This document shows, one piece after another, positions 9,454 through 19,035 of a DNA stretch of 35,197 nt (its first letter is position 1; the number at the start of each line of letters is the position of its first letter). The stretch comes from an uncultured Akkermansia sp. GTDB taxonomy: Bacteria > Verrucomicrobiota > Verrucomicrobiia > Verrucomicrobiales > Akkermansiaceae. The notes under the pieces are model-generated. The model was not told where the DNA came from, searched no databases, and saw only the letters and a program-made list of their open reading frames with translations. Made by a program: the position numbers and the translations under genes. Where the stretch lies: NCBI GenBank assembly GCA_964604535.1, contig CAZRZE010000002.1, positions 1 to 35,197 of the forward strand, in the 5' to 3' direction.

Positions 9454-10236
9454 ATGTCAAACATCCATCCCACCGCCATCATTGACCCCACGGCAGAAAT
9501 AGGTAATAACGTCACCATAGGTGCTTACTGCCACATTGGCCCTCATGTCAAACTAGGCGATGACTGCGTGCTACACAACCACGTTGTCCTCGAAGGACCT
9601 TCGCAATTTGGGCGAGGAAATGAGTTCTTCCCCTTTGCCGTACTCGGCAAAAAGACCCAAGATCTCAAGTACAAAGGCGAGCCCACCTTCCTAGAAGTAG
9701 GCGACTACAACGTTTTCCGCGAAAACTGCAACATCAACCGATCCACCACCCCCGAGACGAAAACCATCATAGGAAACCACAACCTATTTCTTGTCAATAC
9801 ACATTGCGGGCATGAGTGCATCATAGGCAATCACTGCATCTTCAGCGGCTACGCCGCAGCAGCGGGTCATTGCCAAGTGAATGACTACGCCATTATCTCG
9901 GGCTTTGCTGCCCTGCACCAATTTGTCCGCGTTGGCCGCCACGCCCTCATCGGAGGCTGCGCACGCGTCACACAGGATGTCCCCCCCTTCACCATCGTAG
10001 AAGGTCACCATCCCAGCGTCCGCGCTATTAACAGCATAGGCATGCAGCGACATGGCTTTAGCGAAGAGGACATACGCGCCCTCAAGCAAGCCTACAAAAC
10101 ACTCTTCCTGCACAAGGGATGCAACATGACAGAGGGCATAGAAAGCCTGCGCACCCATGAGCGTTTTGGCAAGAATGAGCATCTACTCCACTTCATCACC
10201 TTCCTCAATGAATCACAACGCGGCTACGTCCACTAA
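9454..10236 (+). CDS. lpxA: UDP-N-acetylglucosamine O-acyltransferase
   Basis: IHPTAII hexapeptide repeats; QDLKYKGE, HCGHEC, HQFVRVG and QDVPPF motifs. Confidence 0.95.
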   Translation: MSNIHPTAIIDPTAEIGNNVTIGAYCHIGPHVKLGDDCVLHNHVVLEGPSQFGRGNEFFPFAVLGKKTQDLKYKGEPTFLEVGDYNVFRENCNINRSTTPETKTIIGNHNLFLVNTHCGHECIIGNHCIFSGYAAAAGHCQVNDYAIISGFAALHQFVRVGRHALIGGCARVTQDVPPFTIVEGHHPSVRAINSIGMQRHGFSEEDIRALKQAYKTLFLHKGCNMTEGIESLRTHERFGKNEHLLHFITFLNESQRGYVH

Positions 10237-10239
10237 GCT

Positions 10240-10968
10240 ATGAAATACTCCCACATCGTTTTTGACCTCGACGGCACCATAGTCGAATCCCTCCCCGGTA
10301 TCACAGCGGGACTCAACGCTGCCTTGGCAGAGCTAGGCAAAGCCCAGCTGGAGGCTTCTGACGTACGTCACATGATAGGACGCGGTGCAAAGGAACTTTG
10401 CTCCCTCGCCCTTGGCTACAAAGAAGGAGACCTCGCCCCTGAGCAGGAGATAGAAAGCCTGCTTGATGCCTTCCGCAGAGAGTACCGCGAAACATGGAAA
10501 GCGGAGGGAACACGCATCTTCCCCGGTGTGCTCCCCATGATGATGAAGCTCTCTGCCGCTGGGGCACGCATCGCCGTCCTCTCCAACAAGCCTCATGAAG
10601 CAACCAGCGCCATCGTCTCTACCCTTTTTTGTGGCATGCCCATCAGCCCTGTCATAGGCTATGAAAAAGGACGCTTCCCACGCAAGCCTGACCCAGCTGC
10701 ACTGCACTTTATCGCGCAGCATTGGGGGGTCAAGACGGAAGAGCTCATGCTAGTAGGCGACTCCATCCATGATGCCCACACAGCAGAAAATGCTGGCTGC
10801 CACCTCGCCCTCGTCCCATGGGGCTATGCGCATCTGCAAGACCTCTTCAAAATCAGAGAAGAGCACAATGTTCCCATCCTTGGTACAGTGGAGGGTCTGA
10901 CGCATTACCTCGTCACAGGCTACACAAGAATAGAGTCCGTATCTAGCTGCGCAAAGAAAGGTGCTTAG
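10240..10968 (+). CDS. HAD-family phosphatase (phosphoglycolate phosphatase-like)
   Basis: Motifs FDLDGT, LSNK, RKPDP and VGDS..D. Confidence 0.85.
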   Translation: MKYSHIVFDLDGTIVESLPGITAGLNAALAELGKAQLEASDVRHMIGRGAKELCSLALGYKEGDLAPEQEIESLLDAFRREYRETWKAEGTRIFPGVLPMMMKLSAAGARIAVLSNKPHEATSAIVSTLFCGMPISPVIGYEKGRFPRKPDPAALHFIAQHWGVKTEELMLVGDSIHDAHTAENAGCHLALVPWGYAHLQDLFKIREEHNVPILGTVEGLTHYLVTGYTRIESVSSCAKKGA

Positions 10969-10974
10969 TCCCGC

Positions 10975-11415
10975 TTAGTCCCTATGATAGGGAGATCCTG
11001 CGAGCAGGGTGTGCACTCGGTACACCTGCTCCATGAGCACCAGCAAAGCCAGCTCGTGCTGCATCGTGTGCTTACCGAGGCAGAGTAGCACATCCGCCTT
11101 GTCGCGCAATTCCTGCGTGTGTCCATCCGCTGCGCCTATGAGAAAGGCCACGCGCTTCACAGAATGCAGCTGCCAGTGGCGTACCTTTGCCTCCCATTGG
11201 CGCGTTGTCCATTGTTCCCCGCGCTCATCCATGACGATGCGCAATGCTCCCTCACTGGCGGCAAGCAGACGCTCTGAGACCTCCTCGCTACTGCCCGCCT
11301 TGAGGTACTGAATCTTCACCTTACCCAGCGGGCGCAGGCGTTGTTCAAAGAAGGCTAAGCCCTCCTTGGCATAGGAGAGCGCAGGTTTTCCCGCGACGCA
11401 GAGAATGATTTCCAT
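10975..11415 (-). CDS. rlmH: 23S rRNA m3Psi1915 methyltransferase
   Basis: Motifs [22 protein letters not shown] and EQVYR...GSPYHR. Confidence 0.93.
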   Translation of the reverse strand: MEIILCVAGKPALSYAKEGLAFFEQRLRPLGKVKIQYLKAGSSEEVSERLLAASEGALRIVMDERGEQWTTRQWEAKVRHWQLHSVKRVAFLIGAADGHTQELRDKADVLLCLGKHTMQHELALLVLMEQVYRVHTLLAGSPYHRD

Positions 11416-11421
11416 GCGCCT

Positions 11422-11450
11422 ATCTTAGCATAGCTAGAGGTCTATGGGAA
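11422..11450 (-). promoter_or_regulatory. sigma70-type promoter of rlmH (probably leaderless)
   Basis: TTCCCA-17 nt-TAAGAT with an extended TGC, 6 nt before the ATG. Confidence 0.55.
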
Positions 11451-11461
11451 GCGTTGCTGCA

Positions 11462-12052
11462 TCATATTTCTACCAAGGCGCGGTGCAGCTTCTTCCATAA
11501 TTTAGCATCATTCACTGCGCAACGCAGATAGCTAGCACTTTTTTCGTCCTTTTTCGAGATGACTATGATATCGGGCTCGGAATAAAAGAGAGAGAGATCA
11601 AAATCCATCTCTCCACCATCTGGCTTTGCCAAGCTGATAAAGATACAGTCGTCTTGGTCTGAGCCTCTTCCCAAATAAGCCTTCGCCTTTGATAATGCCA
11701 GCAGGTCGGCGGCACTCAGCACGGCAATGATGTCAGAATGGGACTCTTCTCCATAGTTCCCATCATAGAGGGTGGCATAATAGCCCTTGACATCGCCCGG
11801 TTTTACCGACGCCAAGGCCTTGCGTTCCAGTGGGCTAAGTGCCGTCTTCATAAGAAGACCTTGAGGATATTCTCGGGCATAATCCACCAAATCCTCGCGC
11901 ATCGACTTCAAAACATCCTCCGTCTCACTGTAATCATAGGGCTCAAAGGGGCCTTCAGGAGTCATGACCACTTCTGGTACAATTTGCTCCACCTGCTGGG
12001 GTTGAGTGCAAGCTGCTAGGAGCACAGTTAATAGTAACAATGTTGTTTTCAT
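11462..12052 (-). CDS. Hypothetical lipoprotein
   Basis: MKTTLLLLTVLLAA-C lipobox. Start overlaps the ankyrin gene stop (ATGA). Confidence 0.75.
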   Translation of the reverse strand: MKTTLLLLTVLLAACTQPQQVEQIVPEVVMTPEGPFEPYDYSETEDVLKSMREDLVDYAREYPQGLLMKTALSPLERKALASVKPGDVKGYYATLYDGNYGEESHSDIIAVLSAADLLALSKAKAYLGRGSDQDDCIFISLAKPDGGEMDFDLSLFYSEPDIIVISKKDEKSASYLRCAVNDAKLWKKLHRALVEI

Positions 12053-12903
12053 TGTTGTTTTAAGAGTAGTGCGGGTAAGGTCTTGGCATTCTTGTTCGCT
12101 TTAACGATGTCGTAGGCGGTCTTTCCTTGCTTATCCTTGATGTCCACCTTGGCACCATGCTTGATGAGAAGCCCTGCCAGCGGGGTTAAGTGGTCGCAGT
12201 GGTACACAGAGCAAATGATATGCAGAGCGCTCTGCCCCTTGTTGTCCACATCATTGATGTCGAGCCCCTGCGCCTTTAACAAGATGATGAACTTTTCGGC
12301 CTCCTCTAGCCCTGATTCAATCGCCACGGAGTTCAGCTGCATGAGGAAGGTTCTGCCCAGTTCATCGCGCTGCTTTGCATTCGCGCCAGCCTCTATCAGT
12401 TGCTCTGCCTTTGGGAAATCACCATAGGCAATAGCCGTGGCCAATGCGTCCATGCCATTGCTGTCCTTGTGATGGATATCTGCCCCATTTTGCAAGAGGC
12501 AATACGTTATCTCCAAGGCGGGACAGACAAAAAGCGCAGTAGTGCCCACACTCAATGCATCTCCAAGGGGCATCTTGGGCATCTGGACTGTACCATTCAC
12601 CTTGGCACCTGATTTGATAAGCAGCTTTACCGTTGCCGCCATGTCATGCACATCCATATTTGACATCACTGCATGTATCAGGGGCGTGCAACCATCTCCA
12701 TCCGAGATGAGATTGGGGTCTGCACCATTTTTGAGCAAGCGTTCCACGGCAGAATAACTGCCAGCCTTGATAGCGAGAATCAAGGGAGTCGTACCCATGT
12801 CATCTTTCTTGTTAATACGAGTCACATCAATCGCCTTATCCTCCAAAGCGTGCACCACGGGAGATAAAATACTAAGGGCAAAAAGAATTATGGCAAATTT
12901 CAT
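12049..12903 (-). CDS. Exported ankyrin-repeat protein
   Basis: Signal peptide. Repeats GTTPLILA...LLKNGADPN, GCTPLIHA...LIKSGAKVN, GQSALH...LIKHGAKVDIKDKQGKTA. Confidence 0.9.
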   Translation of the reverse strand: MKFAIILFALSILSPVVHALEDKAIDVTRINKKDDMGTTPLILAIKAGSYSAVERLLKNGADPNLISDGDGCTPLIHAVMSNMDVHDMAATVKLLIKSGAKVNGTVQMPKMPLGDALSVGTTALFVCPALEITYCLLQNGADIHHKDSNGMDALATAIAYGDFPKAEQLIEAGANAKQRDELGRTFLMQLNSVAIESGLEEAEKFIILLKAQGLDINDVDNKGQSALHIICSVYHCDHLTPLAGLLIKHGAKVDIKDKQGKTAYDIVKANKNAKTLPALLLKQQ

Positions 12904-12948
12904 ATTTCAATGGAGTTATATACTCTTATTATAGTACAAGATTTACGC

Positions 12949-12976
12949 TTGACAATCATAAAAAAGAAAATACTCT
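12949..12976 (+). promoter_or_regulatory. sigma70 promoter of rtcB (probably leaderless)
   Basis: TTGACA-16 nt-TACTCT, 7 nt before ATG 12984; no SD sequence. Confidence 0.6.
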
Positions 12977-12983
12977 CATAAAT

Positions 12984-14186
12984 ATGATATCCATCAAAGG
13001 AAAACATAACGAAGCCATCTGCTACTGCGATGAACTAGAAGACACCGCACGCGCACAGATCAAAACCCTGTGCAATCAAGCCGACTTCGCCCCTTGCAAA
13101 ATACGTATCATGCCTGATGTCCATGCTGGTATGGGTTGCACCATTGGGACAACCATGAGCATCATAGACAAAATCGTCCCTGGCATGGTAGGCGTAGACA
13201 TAGGCTGCGGTATGGAAAGCATTCTCCTAGAAGAAGATCATATTGACCTACAGCAACTCGACCTCGCCATACATGGTCACGTCCCCTCTGGGCGTAGCAT
13301 ACGCAACAGCCCTCACCCCCTAGCCGACAGCGTAGACCTGCAAAAACTACGCTGCGCAAAGCATGTCAACCTAGGACGTGCCCGCCTCAGTGTAGGAACA
13401 CTGGGAGGCGGTAACCACTTCATAGAGCTCAACAAGGGCAAGGATGGGCAAATCTACCTCGTCATCCACTCTGGCAGCCGTCATCTGGGCGTTGAAGTAG
13501 CAGAATACTACCAAAAGCAAGCCCTAGACAGCCTCCATGGAAGCCTAGAGCGCGACACCGCGAATATCATAGAAGAGCTCAAAGCCGCCAATCGCCACCA
13601 AGAAATTGGTCCCTTCCTCGCAGAGCGCAAAGCTAGGCAAAACGCCCTCCCCCCAAAGGAACTCACCTACGTGAGCGGAGGACACTTTGACGACTACCTG
13701 CACGACATGAAAATCGTCCAGCAATTTGCCAACATCAACCGCCAAGCCATGGCAGAAAGCATACTCAGCGCAATGGGACTGCGGGAGAAAAGCCGCTTTA
13801 CCACCACGCACAACTACATCGACACAGACAAGATGATGTTGCGAAAGGGCGCGGTCTCTGCACAGCTGGGAGAAACACTGCTCATCCCCATCAACATGAG
13901 GGATGGTAGCCTTGTCTGTCGAGGGAAAGGCAACGCGGACTGGAACAACTCCGCACCGCATGGAGCAGGCCGACTCATGAGCCGAACAGCCGCACACAAG
14001 CAGCTGAACATGGAGGACTACCAGCAGCAGATGCAGGGCATCTACACCAGCAGCGTGAGCAAAGCCACCTTAGACGAAGCCCCCATGGCCTACAAGAGCA
14101 TGGAGAGCATTATGAAGCACATCACACCCACCGTGGAAATCATGGATAGGATAGTGCCGCTTTATAACTTTAAGGCAAGCGAGTAA
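12984..14186 (+). CDS. rtcB: RtcB-family RNA 2',3'-cyclic phosphate/5'-OH ligase
   Basis: Motifs MPDVHAG, GVDIGCGM, GTLGGGNHF, HSGSR, HN, HGAGR and DEAPMAYK are all intact. Confidence 0.93.
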   Translation: MISIKGKHNEAICYCDELEDTARAQIKTLCNQADFAPCKIRIMPDVHAGMGCTIGTTMSIIDKIVPGMVGVDIGCGMESILLEEDHIDLQQLDLAIHGHVPSGRSIRNSPHPLADSVDLQKLRCAKHVNLGRARLSVGTLGGGNHFIELNKGKDGQIYLVIHSGSRHLGVEVAEYYQKQALDSLHGSLERDTANIIEELKAANRHQEIGPFLAERKARQNALPPKELTYVSGGHFDDYLHDMKIVQQFANINRQAMAESILSAMGLREKSRFTTTHNYIDTDKMMLRKGAVSAQLGETLLIPINMRDGSLVCRGKGNADWNNSAPHGAGRLMSRTAAHKQLNMEDYQQQMQGIYTSSVSKATLDEAPMAYKSMESIMKHITPTVEIMDRIVPLYNFKASE

Positions 14187-14197
14187 AAGGGCACATT

Positions 14198-14238
14198 CAA
14201 AAAAAGCGACTGGTAGATGCTACCAGTCGCTTTTTTTG
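14198..14238. terminator. Bidirectional intrinsic terminator
   Basis: A7-GCGACTGGTAG-ATG-CTACCAGTCGC-T7 between the convergent rtcB and Sel1 genes. Confidence 0.9.
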
Positions 14239-14254
14239 TGGATACTAGGTTTAT

Positions 14255-14725
14255 TTACTTCTTACACTCACCGCAGCAGGCGGGCTTATCCTTAGCAGCA
14301 TGTGCCATAGCGATGAATTTCTTTGCCATTTCTGGGTTCTTTTCTACGCCAGAACCAGTGTGGTACATATGCGCCAGAGCCAAGCAGGCGGCACCATTAC
14401 CAGCCTTTGCTTCTGCGTGCAGCTTTGGCAGGGCTGCTTTGTACATACTGGCAGAGGTTTCCGCGCAGTCCTTTGCTGGCATGTCTGATCCATCATCGGT
14501 CAGATAGGCAATTGTGTATTGCGCAATGGGGTCACCATTGGCTGCCTCTATGGTGAGGGTATCAATGTCCAGCCATTCTTGGCCACAGGCCTGTACAACA
14601 CCATCAGGTGTGGCGCAGGGCATGCAGTCCTTCATAGCTTGTGTCATTTCATGTTTTGCGTGATCGTCGGCCATGGCACCCATGGTGAGTAGCACGATTG
14701 CTGTGATGATTCCAGTTGTCTTCAT
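14255..14725 (-). CDS. Exported Sel1-like repeat protein, Cys-rich
   Basis: Signal peptide. Sel1 signatures AANGDPIAQYTIA and AKAGNGAACLALAHMYHTGSGVEKNPEMAKKF. CMPC and CCGEC motifs. Confidence 0.8.
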   Translation of the reverse strand: MKTTGIITAIVLLTMGAMADDHAKHEMTQAMKDCMPCATPDGVVQACGQEWLDIDTLTIEAANGDPIAQYTIAYLTDDGSDMPAKDCAETSASMYKAALPKLHAEAKAGNGAACLALAHMYHTGSGVEKNPEMAKKFIAMAHAAKDKPACCGECKK

Positions 14726-14763
14726 AGGGCTATAATTTGCCCCTAACTGCAGGAGATAGCAAA

Positions 14764-15954
14764 CTAACTCTCTAGCTGTTTATCTGGCGCACGCGTCACC
14801 CTATAAAAGAAGAACATCACCGCCGTGAGTAGGAGGAGGAAAATAGGGAAAATACCCAGCCCCAGCCCTATACCTAGCCCCAGACCGCCTGCCAGCGCAC
14901 CAAAGAAAGGAGGCATTAGGCATGAGCCTATGTAGGCACCTCCCATCTGATAACCAATGAGGCTCAGCGAAGTTTCCTTGCCAAAACAAAGGGGTGAAGA
15001 ATGTATAATGGCTGGATAAATAGGTGCACTACCCAAACCCAACAACAAAAAACTGCCCATCATCAAGGGCGTCCCCATGGGAAAAAACAAGAGCAACACA
15101 GCCAAAAAGGAGACCGCTATGCCCCCAAAAATCATCGCCCTATGCCCCCAGTAGCTCGATAAGAAGCCAGACAACACGCGCCCACCGGTGATACCAGCAA
15201 AGTAGAGTGCCGCCATGAAGGCCGCGTCTTCCGCGTTATAAGCACGCTCATTCACCAGAAAGCTCGCCGCCCAGATAGCTGTCGTATTTTCCAGACCACA
15301 GTACGCACCAAAGGTGATGATGACAGGCTTCACCCCTGGGATGCGCAGGGCTTCGCGCAGGGGAAGCACGCGGTGATGACTGCGCTCATCACCGCCCGTA
15401 TTTTGCTCTTCCACACCACGTAGGCGCAGGGAAAAGATAATAGCAACGGTCAGTACAATCAAAAACCAGAATACAGCAATATAAGCCGTCTGCCACTGCC
15501 CTGTCGTGGTCAGAGCGATACCCATGATGACTGGACTAAGGCTGGCACCTATACCCCATGAGGCATGCAACCAGTTCATATGCTTTGCTGCATAGTTTTG
15601 CGCCACATAGTTATTGAGTGCCGCATCCACCGCACCCGCACTCAGTCCATAAGGAATGGCCATGAGGCAAAGCATCCACAGAGAGCTGCAGTAGGTAAAG
15701 CCCATCAAGGAAAGCGCGGATGCAAACACACTCAATGCAGTAAGTCGCCCTGTACTCATAAAGCGCAGCATATGCGCGCAGGTGAGACTGGCCGTGATAG
15801 CCCCAATGGAGATAATCATGGACACCAGCCCTGCATAAGCAAAGCTGCACCCAACGGTCTTATGAATTGACGGCCAGCCAGATCCAAGCAACGAATCGGG
15901 CAGTCCAAGAGCGACAAAGGAAATATAAATTACCGCAAGCAACAGGGCATACAT
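14764..15954 (-). CDS. MFS transporter (FucP-like sugar permease family)
   Basis: About 12 hydrophobic segments; LGLPDSLLG, GAVDAALNNYVA and MNWLHASWGIGA motifs. Start set to ATG 15954 because the track's GTG overlaps the -10 box of TTGCAC-17-TAGAGT (15993-15965). Confidence 0.88.
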   Translation of the reverse strand: MYALLLAVIYISFVALGLPDSLLGSGWPSIHKTVGCSFAYAGLVSMIISIGAITASLTCAHMLRFMSTGRLTALSVFASALSLMGFTYCSSLWMLCLMAIPYGLSAGAVDAALNNYVAQNYAAKHMNWLHASWGIGASLSPVIMGIALTTTGQWQTAYIAVFWFLIVLTVAIIFSLRLRGVEEQNTGGDERSHHRVLPLREALRIPGVKPVIITFGAYCGLENTTAIWAASFLVNERAYNAEDAAFMAALYFAGITGGRVLSGFLSSYWGHRAMIFGGIAVSFLAVLLLFFPMGTPLMMGSFLLLGLGSAPIYPAIIHSSPLCFGKETSLSLIGYQMGGAYIGSCLMPPFFGALAGGLGLGIGLGLGIFPIFLLLLTAVMFFFYRVTRAPDKQLES

Positions 15955-16043
15955 GACTATCCGCACTCTAGCAAGCTTATTGAGCTAGTGCAATACAAAA
16001 AGTAGAAAAAAATGTTATAAGATGCGACGCCTATGCTAGAGGC

Positions 16044-16072
16044 TTGCTTTAGCGGATTTTTTGCGCTACACT
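16044..16072 (+). promoter_or_regulatory. sigma70 promoter of ispG (probably leaderless)
   Basis: TTGCTT-17 nt-TACACT, 6 nt before ATG 16079. Confidence 0.6.
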
Positions 16073-16078
16073 TATTTC

Positions 16079-17827
16079 ATGAGTCTCTTTCACTGTCCTG
16101 ATTTGTTCTGCTACCAACGCCGTATCTCCCGCGAGGTGATGGTGGGTCACTTGCCCATGGGTGGGCAACAGCCTATACGCATTCAATCCATGCTGACATC
16201 CAACACTCTGGATACCGATGCCTGCGTGAAAGAGATTTTGGGACTGGTCGACGCAGGTTGTGAGATTGTGCGCCTCACTGCCCAAACGAAGACCTATGCT
16301 GCCAACTTGGAGCACATTGTTGCGGCTCTGCGCCAGCAAAATATACATGTCCCCCTCGTGGCGGACATTCACTTCAAACCCAGTGCTGCCATGGAGGCCG
16401 CCAAGTGGGTGGAAAAAATACGCATCAACCCTGGCAACTTTGTGGATAAAAAACGCTTTGAATCCCGCGATTACAGCGATTCGGAATACGCCATGGAGCT
16501 AGAGCGTATCTACGATGGCTTTGCCCCGCTGGCAGAGTTCTGCAAGGAACATGGACGCGCCATGCGCATCGGTGCTAATCACGGTTCTCTCTCTGACCGC
16601 ATTCTCAATCGCTACGGTGATACACCCGAGGGCATGGTGCAGAGCGCGCTGGAGTTTGCGCAGGTCGCGCGCGAGGTGGGTTACCACAACTTTGTCTTCT
16701 CCATGAAGGCCTCCAATGTCAAGGTCATGATTGCCGCCTATCGCCTCCTAGTCAAACGACTGCAAGAAAAGGGTGACGATTGGAACTACCCCATACACCT
16801 CGGCGTGACAGAGGCAGGTGAAGGCGAAGACGCGCGTATCAAGAGCGCGATAGGCATAGGCTCTATGCTGGCGGATGGCATAGGAGACACCCTGCGTATC
16901 TCCCTGACGGAGGATGCCATATACGAGATTGCACCAGGATTTGAGTTAGCCGCCCCCTACCAAGAACACAGCAAGCAACCCAGTAGCTGCGTTATCTCCG
17001 CGGAGTCCAGCTTTGACCCCTTTGTCTACCAAAAAAGGCAAAGCGACAACATCACCGTACAGGGCATTGCCCTCGGTGGACATGAGGCCGTGCGCGTCAT
17101 GCAACCAGCAGAGCAAGTGATCGCCCTCGCCAATGAGAATATGGGCGACTTTGCCACAGAACTCAGCTACGAAGCTGGTGTGGTCACAGAAATAGATCCT
17201 AGAGATCAAGCCGCCTGTGACGCACTACAGGGCGTGGAAAGTTGCTTGGTCACCGTCAAGGACGGCATAGACATGCCCGTGGTGCAGGCCTTCCGCCTCC
17301 TCGCAGCGCGAATAGAAGCCCGCCACCCCATACTCCTCAAAGACACCCTGCACCCAGAAGAGGAAAACCCACAGCTTTCCCCCTCACTGGCAGGTGGCGT
17401 GAACATAGGCTCTCTACTCTGTGACGGCATAGGTAATGCCATACTCATACGCCGAGAGAGCAGAGCACGCGAAGCTGTCCTCCTCGCATACAATATCCTG
17501 CAAGCAGCAGGCGTACGCATCAGCAAGACAGAGTACATCTCCTGCCCCTCCTGCGGACGCACCCTCTACAACATCCAAGAAGCAGTCGCCAGAATACGCG
17601 CTGCGACAGGTCACCTCAAAGGCGTCAAAATCGCCATCATGGGCTGCATTGTCAACGGACCGGGGGAAATGAGCGATGCGGACTTTGGTTACGTGGGTGG
17701 AGCTGCCAACAAAATCAACCTCTACGTCGGGCACAACCCTGTGGAAACCAATATTCCTCAAGAGCAAGCGGTAGAACGCCTCATCGAGCTCATCAAATCT
17801 CATGGCCGCTGGGTAGAACCCAGCTAG
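16079..17827 (+). CDS. ispG: HMBPP synthase IspG, long three-domain type
   Basis: Motifs IQSM, PLVADIHF, KIRINPGN, RIGANHGSLS, HLGVTEAG, CPSCGRT and GCIVNGPGE. A central insert domain gives 582 aa. Confidence 0.96.
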   Translation: MSLFHCPDLFCYQRRISREVMVGHLPMGGQQPIRIQSMLTSNTLDTDACVKEILGLVDAGCEIVRLTAQTKTYAANLEHIVAALRQQNIHVPLVADIHFKPSAAMEAAKWVEKIRINPGNFVDKKRFESRDYSDSEYAMELERIYDGFAPLAEFCKEHGRAMRIGANHGSLSDRILNRYGDTPEGMVQSALEFAQVAREVGYHNFVFSMKASNVKVMIAAYRLLVKRLQEKGDDWNYPIHLGVTEAGEGEDARIKSAIGIGSMLADGIGDTLRISLTEDAIYEIAPGFELAAPYQEHSKQPSSCVISAESSFDPFVYQKRQSDNITVQGIALGGHEAVRVMQPAEQVIALANENMGDFATELSYEAGVVTEIDPRDQAACDALQGVESCLVTVKDGIDMPVVQAFRLLAARIEARHPILLKDTLHPEEENPQLSPSLAGGVNIGSLLCDGIGNAILIRRESRAREAVLLAYNILQAAGVRISKTEYISCPSCGRTLYNIQEAVARIRAATGHLKGVKIAIMGCIVNGPGEMSDADFGYVGGAANKINLYVGHNPVETNIPQEQAVERLIELIKSHGRWVEPS

Positions 17828-17842
17828 AACAGGACAGCAGAT

Positions 17843-18919
17843 ATGAAACTCCTCATCTCCCTCAGCGACCAAAGCTTTGTAGCCACAAAATCCATAGGCA
17901 TCTTCAACGTCTCCATGGGACTCGTGCGCGGCTTTCTTGCTAACGAGAGAATCAAGGAACTACACATCCTAGGTAACGCAGAATGCCAAGAAAGCCTCCA
18001 AGCCCTCAACAGCAGCAAACTGCACATACACCTTGCACAGCAGCCAGTCCCCTCGCGATTTGGACGCATCATCTGGGATCAATGGGGGGTACAACGCGCC
18101 ATACGCGCAATCAAGCCCGACTGGTGTTTACTGCCCAAGGGCTTCCCTCCCTACTTCCCCCGACTAGGCAAAACAAAACTAGCCTGCTACGTCCATGACT
18201 TCAACTGGGAATACTATCAAGGCAAGGCCATCGCCAAGGAAAGCCCCTTTCCGAGGCACGAGATGATCTACTTCTCCACACTGGGCAAGCGCGCCCTGAG
18301 AGTAGCCGACCTCATCCTCACCTCCACACAATTCAACAAGCAACGCTTCCTCCACTATTACAGCAAAGCCCCCGTCAGCGTCGTCGGCATAGGCTTTGAC
18401 GAGCCCCCCTTAGCCCCACCAGCAGACGCAGGGCGCGACATCATCTGCTATGTCTCCCCCTACCCGCACAAGAGAACAGACCTCACCCTGCGCTACCTTC
18501 ATGCGTGGCATCAGCAGAGAGCCGACAGAGAGAACATCACCCTGCATGCCGTGGGAAAACTAGCAGAAGGCATCAGCTTCCCCAGCGAGTATTGGAGCAA
18601 CCAGCAGCGCATCCCCTACCAGCAACTCCTGCAATTGCAAAGAGAAAAATGCCGCGTCAGCATCTACGCAAGCGACTACGAGGGCTTTGGCATGCCGCCA
18701 GTGGAAAGCCTCTTGCAGGGAGTAGCACCCCTCGCATCTAACCTACCGCCCATACGCGAGAACGTGCCAGAGTGCTACCTCTTTGACAACGACGACGAAG
18801 CCGCATTCATCGAGCGTATGAACAGCCTCTACGACGGAAAAATAGCCTTCCACTGCCCGCATTACCCCAACTGGCAAGAGGTAGCAGAACGTTGCGTTCT
18901 GGCAATGGAAAAAGCATAA
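17843..18919 (+). CDS. GT4-family glycosyltransferase
   Basis: Motifs YVHD, PHKR and SDYEGFGMPPVESL...G. Confidence 0.88.
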   Translation: MKLLISLSDQSFVATKSIGIFNVSMGLVRGFLANERIKELHILGNAECQESLQALNSSKLHIHLAQQPVPSRFGRIIWDQWGVQRAIRAIKPDWCLLPKGFPPYFPRLGKTKLACYVHDFNWEYYQGKAIAKESPFPRHEMIYFSTLGKRALRVADLILTSTQFNKQRFLHYYSKAPVSVVGIGFDEPPLAPPADAGRDIICYVSPYPHKRTDLTLRYLHAWHQQRADRENITLHAVGKLAEGISFPSEYWSNQQRIPYQQLLQLQREKCRVSIYASDYEGFGMPPVESLLQGVAPLASNLPPIRENVPECYLFDNDDEAAFIERMNSLYDGKIAFHCPHYPNWQEVAERCVLAMEKA

Positions 18920-18935
18920 AAGCAGCCTCACTACC

Positions 18936-19004
18936 ACGCGAGAGCGTTCCATAGATGTCAAAGAGCTCGCTCTTTGGCAGGGTCTTGGGACAGAGTCCCG
19001 AGTG
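18936..19004. repeat. Intergenic multi-hairpin element (REP/MITE-like, unassigned)
   Basis: ACGC-GAGA-GCGT (18936-18947), GTCAAAGAGC-TC-GCTCTTTGGC (18957-18978), CTTGGGAC-AGA-GTCCCGAG (18984-19002). Confidence 0.4.
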
Positions 19005-19035
19005 GGTCTGGGCAAATCACACCCGCAGAAGCTTA

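Noticed and set aside
14855..14886. Hexamer-like repeats encoding GLGLGIGLGLG in the MFS gene (and the PEPEP linker at about 20480-20570)
   Set aside because: Imperfect coding low-complexity sequence, not a VNTR or CRISPR.
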